A stretch of 64,000 nucleotides of DNA from Balanoglossus misakiensis (GCA_040954595.2 CM082577.2:15135903-15199902); one strand, 5' to 3'. Counted from the first letter of the stretch, positions 13,501-25,065 are shown. Program-made: numbers and translations. Notes: generated by a model not told the origin, from the sequence alone.

Positions 13501-15637
13501 AAAGCTTCAATGGACGAGAAAAAACGTGGTATATACTCTATTTCATTAGAACTTTGTGGGAAACTATCGTATATCATGATCAACGACTGAATAAAGACTG
13601 TGGGACGTCTCCAATTGTTGTTGTTAAATTGGCGATTTTGTAGCAAAATACCGTGATTTTGCCGTGTCGTAGTAAAAAAAATCCAGACGCAAATGTCATG
13701 CAGAGTGTTTATTTTAATCACTCATCACCTCTTATGCTCATTTTTTCGTCCAGAAAATCTTGCCCGTAAATTCCACACTTTCTGACAGGGTCTTCCTGGC
13801 ACACACTGTTTTTGGGTGAAAATGCAGTGATTTGTTTGATTTTTTGTGCCTTTTCATCCAAAGAGTGAAAACTATTCAAACTCGAATTTCTGGGGTCATA
13901 GATACTTTATTGTTATCATACGAACCTATTTAGCTAGTGCTAAGCCTCTAAAAAAATACGCAGTCACCTGAAGTGAGGCGTAAAACGTAGTTTGTCGATA
14001 TTTTGGTTATGAATGTTTGTGGGCCTTCAATCAATGTTATTTATCAGATACGACCGTCCGCAGTGCCCAAAATACTTACGATACATGTTGTTGTTTCGTA
14101 ATCACACCGATCGAACACAGATACCTCGCGTGGATTAATGCACCATGTCGTTTTTCAACGGTTTTGTGAATTTAACACCAATTTCAAGGGAAGTGCTTGC
14201 AGTCATGTATCCCGCAATCAGCCAAAATAAGACCCCAACAGCGAAAAAAGAGACGCATCTGGAACAAACACGCATATTTACTTTCTCTTACTTCCGTAAG
14301 AACCGCGATTACATGCAGAATTACCCCACTGGAGCCCATGTGTGTACCCTAATCACATGGGTCAGTCTCTGACACAGAGATATCAACGCCCCTTTCATGA
14401 CGTTCAAGCCTGATGACAGCATCATTGATCAATGGGTGGGTAGATATACTCATAACTGACATGACCTTATATATAAATATTCAGATATTTGTTTACAACA
14501 AAGTTAGATGTATCGAATAAACTTTAAGCAAAAGCGTGAAGCCTTGCCTTTCTTGGCGGGAGATTGACGCATGTTGTATACGTTACCATGGCGCCATAGA
14601 AATAGTAACGCTATTTAGCATATCACGTGCACTAAATGACACCCACTGGTTGGCGTATTCAAAAGATCATAACATTTTGAGGTCATCAGTCGGCAGACTG
14701 AAAGTCATTGAGAAATTGTGGTTTCTCGTCATTCAATTGAGGTTCATTGCTCAGACAAAGTCGTCTGGGAATCGGCAGGTTTCGCAGCTTGCTGCATATG
14801 CTGAAATATTGCACCAGCACCATTTTAGCAACCACGATCTGTCAAATTTTGGTCAGTTCCATAGGCATCGCCATTCAATTTGCAGTGCGGGGCTGGTAAA
14901 TTCAAGTGTTGACGTTTTTTCTGAGTTAATTTTTGTAAAAAAATCACGTCGGTTTTTGGATTTGTCACATCGAGTATGTAACTTAATGTCAGTTCTTTGT
15001 TAAAAGCTAATCTTGCTGGATTTTTTGTGTGTTGGAGACACTGCTACTTGTAATTTCGACCGTAATTTTCCGGATACTCGACAGCGTAGTCAGCCTTTTT
15101 GAATACTTAATGAGTGATAATGGACACGCCCACTTTTAGCGCTCAGTCCGAATATACATTCTATTTCCCCTACTAAAGTGCTCATTACGCGAGCGTCCCT
15201 GGGCCTCGACTCTATTAGTGATAAATCCAGTTCAGGTCACGAACTGTTTTTCAGGTCATGAACTTTTGGAAGGTCATCGACCCGAAACTTTCACTAGAGC
15301 ATGCCCTTTGCTCACGTGTCAGAGATCAAATATGGCGGCTGATTCAAATTGTGCACTGTACACTCGAAAAATAAGAAAACTTGGTGGAAAGCGCTAAGGT
15401 GATTTTATGACACCTACCAACCCATGAAAAGACGGGCCAACAGACCGACTATGTGTAAGTATTTAATGCATTGCAAAAAGTTTGCGTAATTCACCAACCC
15501 TTCCGCGAAACCACGTCAACATGATTACAGGTTAGGCGTCTTCTGCCATACTGTACACATGCATGACATGTGCGCGACAAGCCCTTTGTGTTGAGATTGT
15601 GCGTTTAAAGGCATGGTGCAACTTATTGTTCAATAAT

Positions 15638-15973
15638 TCACTCGTCCAATTCCATAACTATTGACGCTCTCTCCTTCATCCATATTTCTCCATCTTTAGT
15701 TCTGCTAAAGATAATTTTGCCGCCCTTCTTTTCGACCACGTAACTGCAGTTGTCCGAGTCATCCGTGTGACTGGCCGCAACCTCTTCGACCCACTTCTCA
15801 GAGCCATCTTGCCTTTTCACACAGATCGTATTTTTGCCCGGAGGGGTCGCGATGTTGACATAGTTACCGCTGGCAATCACGTGACTCTTGACGTCTTGAT
15901 TGGCGTCTGTCAGTGTGACCTGAATGGGCTCGCCAGTCCCGTTTGCGATGCTAGTTGTGTGCTGGTTACCCAT
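15638..15973 (-). CDS. Small 111-aa beta-rich protein of unknown function with predicted N-myristoylation signal
   Basis: Natural globular composition and higher GC than the flanks. MGNQHT start fits MGxxxS/T. Acceptor CCTTAG lies 4 nt before the ATG; a strong candidate upstream donor CCG|GTAAGT is at 17011. Confidence 0.7.
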   Translation of the reverse strand: MGNQHTTSIANGTGEPIQVTLTDANQDVKSHVIASGNYVNIATPPGKNTICVKRQDGSEKWVEEVAASHTDDSDNCSYVVEKKGGKIIFSRTKDGEIWMKERASIVMELDE

Positions 15974-16361
15974 GTATCTAAGGTTAAGTGCTGTGGGCCC
16001 TATATTTTCTGTAGGAAAAAATCAAATGTGGTATACTACAAAAAGTATTGAAACTAGTGAACGTATGGACAATCCGATGACCCTTACAGATCTTGAGAAT
16101 AACGGTCGGTTTCTTTGAATGCAATAGATTATACGGCAAACGTACATGCGGAAGTGTGACCCAAAAGTGACCGATACCACTAGGAGGCTTGAATGTATTT
16201 AGGCAAGCCTTATTGTGAATCGCAACGTATTTCTCAACATGTAACATGTTCAATATCATGTTGATGTTCACTGTTACTTTGGACCTTTATCCACGAAAGG
16301 ATTATTTATTTTGAGTTCTTCAAGGGTCTGTTTCAGTGTTCTCATCATACGGGCATGACTG

Positions 16362-16886
16362 GCTGTGGTAACGCAGCTGTACCGTTGTGTGTGTGTATGT
16401 GTGTGTGTGGGGGGGGGGGGTGGCTGATTACCTCCACGGACAGCTGCGGGACAACCACCTTACTAATAGTGCAGTTGCAACGACACGTCTGGTGTAGGAA
16501 CATTAGAACGGCAACAAAGTGAGCGCAGTTCAATAAACCCGCTGGAGTGTAATGGAGACCTCACACAACAGGAGTGAGTGAGGGTCAAAGTCCACTGCCG
16601 GAGCGTTATTCCGTGTACTCGGGTAGCGCTCCTTGGAAAATCGGCTGAAATACGTAAACAGACCAGTGAGTTTTTTCACGAAATTACTTTTGGGACCAGA
16701 ATAATCAGAGCACAGGCTTGTATAGGTCGTTTTATTGAATTGCGCTCACTTTGTTTTCTGTTGCCGTTCAAATGTTCCTACACAAGTCGGTTCGTTGCAA
16801 CTGCAAGATTAGTATGGGGGTTGGCCCGCAGCTGTCCGTGGGGGTAATCAACCCCCCCCCCCAACGGAACAACTGCGTACCACAGC
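16362..16886. mobile_element. Palindromic MITE with ~170-bp inverted arms
   Basis: GCTGTGGTA(A)CGCAG...AGTGAGCGCAGTTCAATAAA (16362-16537) is the reverse complement of TTTATTGAATTGCGCTCACT...CTGCGTACCACAGC (16731-16886). Confidence 0.8.
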
Positions 16887-18176
16887 TAGCTGCAACCTAG
16901 ACCAACAGTGATATGTATCTGACATTTTCGACCCTTTGATTATGGAGGACACACCCCAAGTTTTAGTGACTAAAATTGACCACAGTCCAAATAAACAGTG
17001 TGTCTACTTACCGGACTGCTCTCAAGGGAGACGTTGGAGTGGTACCACGTGACGAAAGGTTCAACTGTGTGTTGTCCGTAAACCTGAGGGCGATCTGTAA
17101 TATTGTAACTTTGCAGGTCTATAACAATGTATATATACGTGTTTTTCTGAGTTCTCGAAGCTGTAAGAAACCTATTTAAATTCCTGTTTCCAGTCGTGCA
17201 GACCTCAGATTTTTTTACGTGTTTCCTTGTTTAATATTCATGACATGTTTCTATAATATTCAGATATGTGGGCGGAACCAAAAGAGAGCCTGTCCAAGCG
17301 GGGCCATATAAACAAATGTTGCCTACACAATGGCAGCAGTCTCGAATCATAAATTTGGTACAGAGCAAAGTTGATATGAAGAATAATTCATTGAGATTTC
17401 GAGTGTTTTGTAGCGCTGCACTAGTCGAGAAAGATGACAAGCACTTGGTGAACTTTCTTACAGGTCAAACTCAATATCCGTGACTGACTTCCGTATGGCA
17501 GAGAAACTTTCGCATTGCAACACAACGATGTTTACTTTTCCTGTTTTTAACCATTCTGTGTCGCAGTGTGACAAAACATGTAGTAGAAAACGCAGACCAC
17601 CACTTAAACCACTACATGAAACATGAATTGATCTGGTCTGCCATGTAAATATTGAAAACTTTTAACTTGGATCGGAATGAAACTGTTTATTGGGCATAAT
17701 TGCTCGATATGTCGTGACACATCTTTGTTTGATATGTGGTGATACATCTCGAGTAATGTACATTAAAAGTTCATTTAACAACAAACACCATGGGGAACAT
17801 TTAAATCCTTCATTTATTATCGGAGATATTCGGTGTTTTGTACAATTACACATAAAATGTTTCCTCCTGTGCATATATTGCAAAGCATTTACAATGCTAG
17901 GCCATTCTTCCGGGAGAGGAAGGAGAAATATATATTTGATATATACACGGGACAAAATGCGACCGGAAAAATCAAAAGTAAATGTTGTAGAGATTGACAT
18001 TTATGTACAGACGAAAGCTATACTCTATAATTCCCAAAGTTGACAAGTGTGTGTTTTCAAATGCGTACTTTGGCGTCTCTGCATGTGAACATATCCTGCT
18101 AAAAAAATCTAGTAAACAACTGAACGTCTCATCAGCAAATTTGTATGGTAAACAAATTTGCACTTTGGAGCTGATA

Positions 18177-19055
18177 TTAAGGAATATCGCGCCTCGATCA
18201 TTTTAGTTGTTTGCGCAGGTTTCTGCGCATAGTGTATAAAGCTAAATTTTATTCCCAGTGTTTTTAAAGCAAAGTTGTAGTGTAGTGCTGTGAGGTTATT
18301 TTAGTACATAATATGTATTTATTAAATTTGGGCCTGAAATTTGCGCGCGTTTGCAATACTGTTAGTTGCAGCTATAGCAACCGAACTCTTCAAAAAACTC
18401 CTATCCTGGGCTGTTGAAAACGCCCGAAATCCATGTTTAACTTCCTGTGTCTCAACAATTTGCGTGGTGATCCCCTTTTTTTGCCTTAAAATGATTTGAT
18501 ATATTTCAAACAAGGTATCTACCATGTTTTTTTAAAAAAAGTTTAAGTCTAGAAGTGATAAAAAACTTATATAAAAGTGGATTTTTAGACAATTCTGTAT
18601 TTAATTTAACAGTTGTATTGATATGCCATTATCACACTTATATAAAAGTTGACAAGTGTGTGTTTCCAAAAAAAACTTATATAAAAGTGGATTTTAGACA
18701 ATTCTGTATTTAATTTAACAGTTGTATTGATATGCCATTATCATACTGAACAAGATAAAATCTCAAAATAGCTGAAAATAAAATATTCAGTAAGTTTAGA
18801 TTCTAATGGTGAAAAAAAATATGACAAACCTCCCAAAATGCTTATTTTTGAGGCCCTTTTACAAAGATCTACGAACACTGGCAAAAGCTGAAAGAGATGC
18901 TAGATAGAGGGTGCTTTTTCCAAAAATCTAGATGGTTGCCCCCCCCCCCCCCCATTTTTATTCCATAGATTAAATGTTTAGAAGTCATAGTATCATCAGT
19001 ATTAATTTCAACATGATCAGACGACCTTTCATTTCGAGGTCCGCAACACATTGAC
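18177..19055. mobile_element. Degenerate TTAA-type non-autonomous element abutting the PIDD-like stop codon
   Basis: TTAA-GGAATATCGCGCCTCGA at 18177 and a decayed inverted end TCGAGGTCCGCAACAC at ~19034. Contains a local ~75-bp direct duplication (18561-18633 and 18670-18743). Confidence 0.4.
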
Positions 19056-19063
19056 ACGCATTT

Positions 19064-19338
19064 TTAAATGAGGGCACAAAATTGCGATTTCTCAATAAGT
19101 GTGGCTAATTCATCCATGTTCTCTTCTCTCAGCGCTGAAGCAAGAACATTCTTCGACGCGTCACCTTTGAATTGTTGTTCCCATAGCGACAGCATCTGGT
19201 AGACCCGCTCAGGTAAGGCACCATAGGTGTATGTCAACCGCTGTATATCGTGCTCTCCCAAACCCAGGGCCCTTGCCAACGGTTTCCATTGGTTTCCTTG
19301 CACTTTCGTCGACAGCGTCTCAAACTTAGCGCGCATGC
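19064..19338 (-). CDS. PIDD-like terminal exon: death domain
   Basis: WKPLARALGLGEHDIQRL ... ERVYQMLSLWEQQ ... LASALRE is a death-domain consensus. Acceptor TTGTAG; stop TAA at 19066-19064. Confidence 0.9.
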
Positions 19339-22300
19339 CTACAAGCAAGCGAATGCAGTATGTATCAGTTACGAAAAATGTTAGACTCGGGAAGGTACGG
19401 GTGTCTCACCTCAAGTGATATCCAGCTATATAGTCTCAGCCACACGCCGGAACGATTCGGCTTGATTCATTCATAGAATAACAACAAAAAGGATTAGGCC
19501 TAGGAGACACACTTAGTCGGTAGAGGAGCAATAAAGCGGTTACGACAGAGACACAGAAAGACAACTCACCGGATTTTGTCGTACTCACGTGTGATGCAGG
19601 CTTTGAAGTTTTCTGGGGGGAAAAGAGGAATTCTTTTCAAAGAGCGGAAAATACAAAACCGGTCAACCCGGAACGCCGACTGGCGTGAATTTATATCATT
19701 TCAATGTGGGTTTTTTTTTACTCATAAACTCACATTCATGCTGCAAAGACGGTGATATCTGCCCCTTTCAGTGTCAACTTGACAGAGTGGAGATCTTTAA
19801 AACCTCAACAACTAAACTGTCTTCTTCGAGAACCGTGACCCTCACACACCTTCGAAACCGTGAATTTGAGCTCCACCAGTTTAACTCCCAACCGAACCCG
19901 TACGATACCGGCGTCATGTTCAGAGCTCTCCGCGACGTAAGCCACCACGAAGTTGCTCTTGTTGAGGTAGAAAGTCGTCAACTTCGAAGCCACCACTTTG
20001 AGGCCACCCTTTCCCGACCCCACGGCGATGCGCTCGCCGTTTCTGACCACGATGTCGCCGCTGCAGACGACGGCGTTGTGGTAACCTTTGCCCTCCCAGT
20101 ACTCCCTGGAGACCGCCAGATCCGACTTCTTGACGATGTCGATCAGTAACGCCCGGGGGTCTTCCGCGTGTTGTAACAAGACCACGCCGACGGGACGCTG
20201 TCTGCCCACCAGCGATTGAATTTCGTCATCAATGGACTTCTTCACCTTGTGCGTGCTGCGTCTTTTATACGTGGAGACAACTGTGTAGCTTTCGAGAAAA
20301 AAATAAACTGATCTTGAAAGAACGAAAATCGCTAACTTTTTGCATTATTTTCTATATTTTAGATTCTTTTGACAGGCCGTTAATATGTTTTTCGACTCAC
20401 TGAAACATGCTCATTAACCGCGGTTGCATGCTCGGTCCGTTATTAACACCCCAACCAATATATTCCCTTTTTTCACAATTACCTCAAAATGCTCAAGGAT
20501 TCAACCTATCAAATGTCTCCAATGCCCACCATGCATACCTTCCCAAATATGCAGCCGTAAACCTGACAGTGGTTTCGCCGCGGCGCTCAAACGACACCTC
20601 ATCTGTGACGTCATCCCACGAGTCCGGGTCCTTATAATCGTCGCTTACGAAGACCCTCAGTTGTGGCCGGTCTAGCACTTCTTTGCCGCCTCTGAGTTTT
20701 GTCCGCTGGGGGAGCGTTGGAGGGAGAGGCATCTGGACAAGCACTGGTTTCCTCATACAATAATTGCGGTCTGGTTTGTCGATCAGAATGAAACCACCGA
20801 ACGCGATTTTCGAACCGGGCAACACGGGCTGTTTGTGAAGGATCTGAGGTGGGAACAGATGTATTAATTTTGTTAAGCTTGATTGTTACGTGTGGAAATA
20901 ATTAGTGTGAACTTGATATGATGGAGTGCAATGACTGTACATTCTGAGTGGTTGGCAATTTGAATATTTGACGTAACTTGTGAACAAATAACGAACATGT
21001 ATTAGCAAAATATCGCGCAGAGTAATGTTTATTAACAGTCGCATATAGTGAAAGGAACGACGAAAGGTCATGATATATTGGAACGTCACAGTCAAAAAGA
21101 GGACACTCAATTAATTTTCTACATCCGTATGATTCGTTCCCGGCCCGAGTCCTTACCTGGCCCACCAATTTCACTTTGTCCGTCAGTGCCCCTGGGGGAA
21201 TTGTAAGATGGTGCGAGTCGCCCGTGTTAGGAAATACCACCCTCTCTTCGCCAACAACTCTTGTTATGCGCTTCTCATTAGGTCGCCATACTGCCGCGAA
21301 CATCGACGGACTTTTGATTTGCACACTTATGTACCCGTCTTCCTGAAGAAAGGGAGAGAGGGGGGGGGGGAAACTCATTTGGCAAAGGTTCGTGAATGAT
21401 GGCCGGTAGAAGTTGGACTCATAGCGCTCCCAATGTGAAATGTCAACCAAACGTTTACGGGAAGATTCAAAGTTTATACAGGGCCACAAAATCTTATCGT
21501 TTACAACGTACAATATATGTAGAACACGCCATGTTATTTTTCTGTACGCAAAATGAACTGCCATATGCGTACACCATACGCAATTTATTTGAGGGCGTGT
21601 CAACTTGAAGTTCGCAGCAACGAAACTGAAATTCTCTTTTACCTCCTTGGTTTGCATCTCCTCCCATTCGCCGTTGTCGTTTTTCAAAATCGCGAAGTTT
21701 TGTCCTGTCTGGGTGGATTCGAGGCCAATTCCGAGAGTCAGGGTTTTCTCAAACGCCACAGAATGCGGAGACACATCGATGACGTCAGACACCAGATTCT
21801 CGAACCCTTGCAGGACGGGATGTAGTGTTGTATCTTGCACGACCTGTACTTTCAGAAGTTCATGTTTTCGAACTGCAGACGTGGGTACTTCAAGGTAAAA
21901 ATTGGACGGTAGTCTCTTCCGGTATGACCTCTATGATTAGATAACACATGACGCAGTCATTCTCTTATTTCTTTTATATAAAGTTCGTCTCAGAAATAGT
22001 GAGCTCGCGCAGAGACATACGCACACACACGCACATGCATATACATACATGTACATACAAACATACATACACATACACACACACATACATACATACATAC
22101 ATACATGCATGTATGCATGTATGCATGCATGTATGCATACATACATACATACATACATACATACATACATACATACATACATACATACATACATACATAC
22201 ATACATACATACATACATACATACATACATACATACATACATACAGAGACAGGTAAATGCTAATGCTGATTATACCTTTTTATCTGGAATAATGTTAATC

Positions 22301-23876
22301 TCATATACTTCATGCTGTTCAAGTTCTTCCTCGGCTTCCCATTCGTCACTCAGGCTTTCTGTGTAAAAATGATAAAACAATTATTTTCCTTGCACAAAGT
22401 GACATCATCTTTCAACCAGAGTCAGTGCTACGAAAAAAGAAGAAAATTTCATACCGTCACTATCGCTGCTTCCTTCAGATAATTCTTCAACGCCCATGAC
22501 AATCGTCGACGTAGGCATATTTTGCGGAACGCTGGTAATTCGGTTTCCTTTGATTTCCAAGCGTTTCAGGCCAGTTATCGCGGCAAGGCGTCGCAAGGCT
22601 TCGTTGCATAAGTTGTTGTGGTTCAGTCGGCAGTCCTTCAACTTTGTCATTTTGCCGATGTCTTCAGGCACCTCCTGCAACTTGTTGTGGTCCATGGATA
22701 GCTTCTCAAGGCTGCTGAGTGACGTCACGGATTTTGGAAACTGAGCAAATCTGTTGTGGTCGAGGGTGAGCTCGGTGAGATCCTGCAGATTGCCCATCTG
22801 TTCCGGTAAAGTTTGCAGCGAGTTATTGTTGAGGTCGCATTTTCTCAAACTCTGCAAACCATCTAAAGTAGAGAAGTGTTTCATGAATTATGAAAACATT
22901 AGTAAATGAGGAGTACTTTTTGTCATTTTCCCGGAAGACTAAATGAGACGGAATACAGGGTAAATCTTCTTTAACCTCCCCCCCCCCCTCCCCCAATCAC
23001 GAAAATAAACTCCTTACCGATTTCTGGTGGCACCTCTGTCAAGCCGTTTCCATATACGTGAAGCTCGGTTAATCTGGCCAGCATTAAAACCGGTTGGGGC
23101 AGGTCTCCCAGCTGACAGTTTGGGATGTAGACGATCTCCAGGCGTTGCAACTTGCTCACTTCAGGGGCGATCGCTCGCAACCTGTTCCCACCAGCGTTTA
23201 AACAGTGGAGGTTCGTTAGGCTGGCCACAGAGGGCGGTATTACCGCCACCTCGTTGTCGCGAATAGACAAGAACCGGAGCTCCGTGAGCTGCGCCATCTC
23301 TGGTGGGAGAGAACTCAAACGATTGTCATTGATGTAGAGGTACTCTAGAGTTCGTATGGTGCAAATGACTCGCGGCAGTTCATCTAGGCGATTGCCTGAC
23401 ACGTCCAGTGACTCCAATCTTTCCATAGCCTCCATTTCCAGTGGCAATGTCGACAGATTGTTGTCTCTGATGTTGAACTTCTTCAGCTGTTGAAGGTTGC
23501 CAATGGACTTTGGCACACATGCGAGTTCGTTGTTCGACAGATCCAGATCGACCAGGTTTCCCATCCGTTGGTCGACGTCATCCGGGATCCGGGCGACTTT
23601 GTTCCCGGAGAGGGCGAAATTGCGCAAACGCGGCTGAAACTGCAACTCAGGCGGTATGTCCTCAAACTCGTTATTCGACAAATCTAAGGTTTCAAGGTCC
23701 GGCCACTTTTGATCGTCGTCTTCAGTGGAGGAAGTGGACAGGGTCGACAGTTTGTTGTTTCTTAAATTCACAATCTGGAGTTTACGGCACTCGGCCAATT
23801 CCTCCGGCACTTCTGTCAGCCCCCGGCCGCTGAGGTCGACACTGATGGCGTTCTGATCGATCCGATGTTTAACCAT
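19064..23876 (-). CDS. PIDD1-like: PIDD1-like protein: ~17 LRRs, acidic linker, ZU5, ZU5, UPA, death domain; 10 coding exons, ~977 aa
   Basis: Hand-spliced exons with GT-AG sites and consistent phases: 23876-23018, 22862-22455, 22358-22276, 21930-21643, 21342-21157, 20843-20539, 20288-19846, 19777-19734, 19612-19570, 19338-19064 (sum 2934 nt = 978 codons including stop). Domain order matches PIDD1. The two small exons near 19570-19777 are the least certain. Confidence 0.88.
19846..20288 (-). CDS. PIDD-like UPA-type domain exon
   Basis: Open beta-rich frame in phase with the preceding exon. Position between ZU5 and death domain fits UPA. The 3' donor choice (T|GTGAGG, 68-nt intron) is inferred. 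Confidence 0.7.
20539..20843 (-). CDS. PIDD-like ZU5 domain 2 exon
   Basis: RKPVLVQMPLP, LRVFVS and SWDDVTDEV are typical ZU5 C-terminal motifs. Acceptor CCTCAG, donor AG|GTATGC. Confidence 0.85.
21157..21930 (-). CDS. PIDD-like ZU5 domain 1 and start of ZU5 domain 2 (exons 21930-21643 and 21342-21157)
   Basis: ZU5 hallmarks LEVPTSAV, LVSDVIDVSPHSVAFEKTLTL and GEWEEM, then LTIPPGAL. Both exons are phase 0 with canonical splice sites. Confidence 0.85.
22015..22245. repeat. (TACA)n / (CA)n microsatellite in a PIDD-like intron
   Basis: Long run of TACA with degenerate CA and TGCA flanks. Confidence 0.98.
22455..22862 (-). CDS. PIDD-like coding exon 2: LRR repeats 13-17 and start of acidic linker
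   Basis: TACTTTAG acceptor, phase 1-1, 408 nt. LRR consensus, e.g. LTELTLDHNRF and LEKLSMDHNKL. Confidence 0.92.
23018..23876 (-). CDS. PIDD-like coding exon 1: LRR array (repeats 1-12)
   Basis: Acceptor TTTACAG ends at 23894; ATG (MVKHRIDQN) at 23876. Regular 23-aa LxxLxLxxNxL repeats. Donor G|GTAAGG at 23017. Confidence 0.93.
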
Positions 23877-24690
23877 GATGGTGCCAACACCACCTGTAAA
23901 CATGAGCAGGATCAAACTGAAGACTTTTTGGTAATCACTCATGACTGACATTTGACTAGCATTTGATAGTTGTAAGAAAAGAGCCAGCAAATACCCATCC
24001 CCCGCGCCAATGAAATTTATCAGTTTCTTTGCATTGCATGTTAAAGTATTATCAATTATTACAATCTGATTGGTGAACTGCATCGTGTTTTTAATTTTGT
24101 TTCAATTAGAGGAAACCTTAAAAATGACTGTGTACATGTTGCGAAGCTTCAGCTTGATTTCCAAGCCTACAATAGTTTGGTTTAACAAAGAACGGCCACT
24201 TTAGTTTCTCTCACGTAGAGTTGCGCTTTTGAGAATCGTTCATAGTGACCCGGAACAAAGAATTTGGTGCAGAACGGGAATGGCAGTATATAATGCAGCA
24301 ATGAAAGCCAGGCCCAACTTTCCGTTTTCAAGTGTTTACGCCCATAAAGACACTAGAGTCTCGCGACCGATAAACGACCCTCTCCAAATGTGCGACTCTG
24401 TGAAAGCAAGTCGGTGTTTCAATTGTATGGGCAGTTGTCATGAAAAAGACACTGAGCAAGTCATTGTCCCTGTGTGATTAATCATACATTGTAGAGTTTT
24501 CTTCTAGCTCAGAAGACAGAAGTGCAATTTACTAAAATGCGATCGGGTCAGTATTACTGATGGCACCGTGCCATTGTTCTGTTTGTGTTGCCCAGAGATT
24601 GGTTGACAATATCGACGATGTTTCGCAGATAACAATAAACAAAAGGTATATGCACGTGAGAGGAAAGTGGTTGTTTTATTGGAATTTGTA

Positions 24691-25065
24691 GCTGTGGTAC
24701 GCAGCTGTACCGTTTGGGGGGAGAGGCTGATTACCCCCACGGACAGCTGCGGGCCAACCCCCATACTAATCGTGCAGTGGCAACGAACCGACTTGTGTAG
24801 GAACATTTGAACGGCAACAGAAAACAAAGTGAGCGTAATTCAATAAAATGACCTATACAAGCCTGAACTCTGGTTATTTCTGGTCCCAATCTCTTTCCGT
24901 TAAAAACAATCACTGGTCTGTTTACGTATTTCAGCCGCTTTTCGAAGGATTACTAGTACCCGCTGAAAGTGACTGTCATTAATATGCTAATGAGACCTCG
25001 TTCAACAGTAGTGAGTGAGGGTCAAAGTCTGCTGCCGGAGTTTTAACCCGTGTACTCGGGTAATA
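24691..25065. mobile_element. Second, partial copy of the palindromic MITE family at 16362-16886
   Basis: 24691-24940 matches the reverse complement of 16640-16886; 24990-25062 matches 16553-16625 directly. Confidence 0.8.

Noticed and set aside
14536-15003. 155-aa ORF, and ORFs at 29228-29581 and 56475-56846
   Set aside because: No motif, no convincing splice context and atypical composition; probably within non-coding repeats.
19805-19807. TGA in the UPA ORF as a premature stop or selenocysteine codon
   Set aside because: It falls within a plausible 68-nt GT-AG intron (19845-19778) whose removal restores the frame to the death domain; this needs RNA confirmation.
19685-20149. 154-aa plus-strand ORF, and similar ORFs at 23510-23833 and 21605-21898
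   Set aside because: Antisense shadows of GC-richer PIDD-like exons.
21937-22366. MYVC/HTYI repeat ORFs
   Set aside because: Translations of the (TACA)n microsatellite inside an intron.
23877-24083. N-terminal extension of the 370-aa LRR ORF with an apparent hydrophobic segment
   Set aside because: Almost all of it lies upstream of a clear splice acceptor at 23894 and is intron read-through; the likely start is the ATG at 23876.
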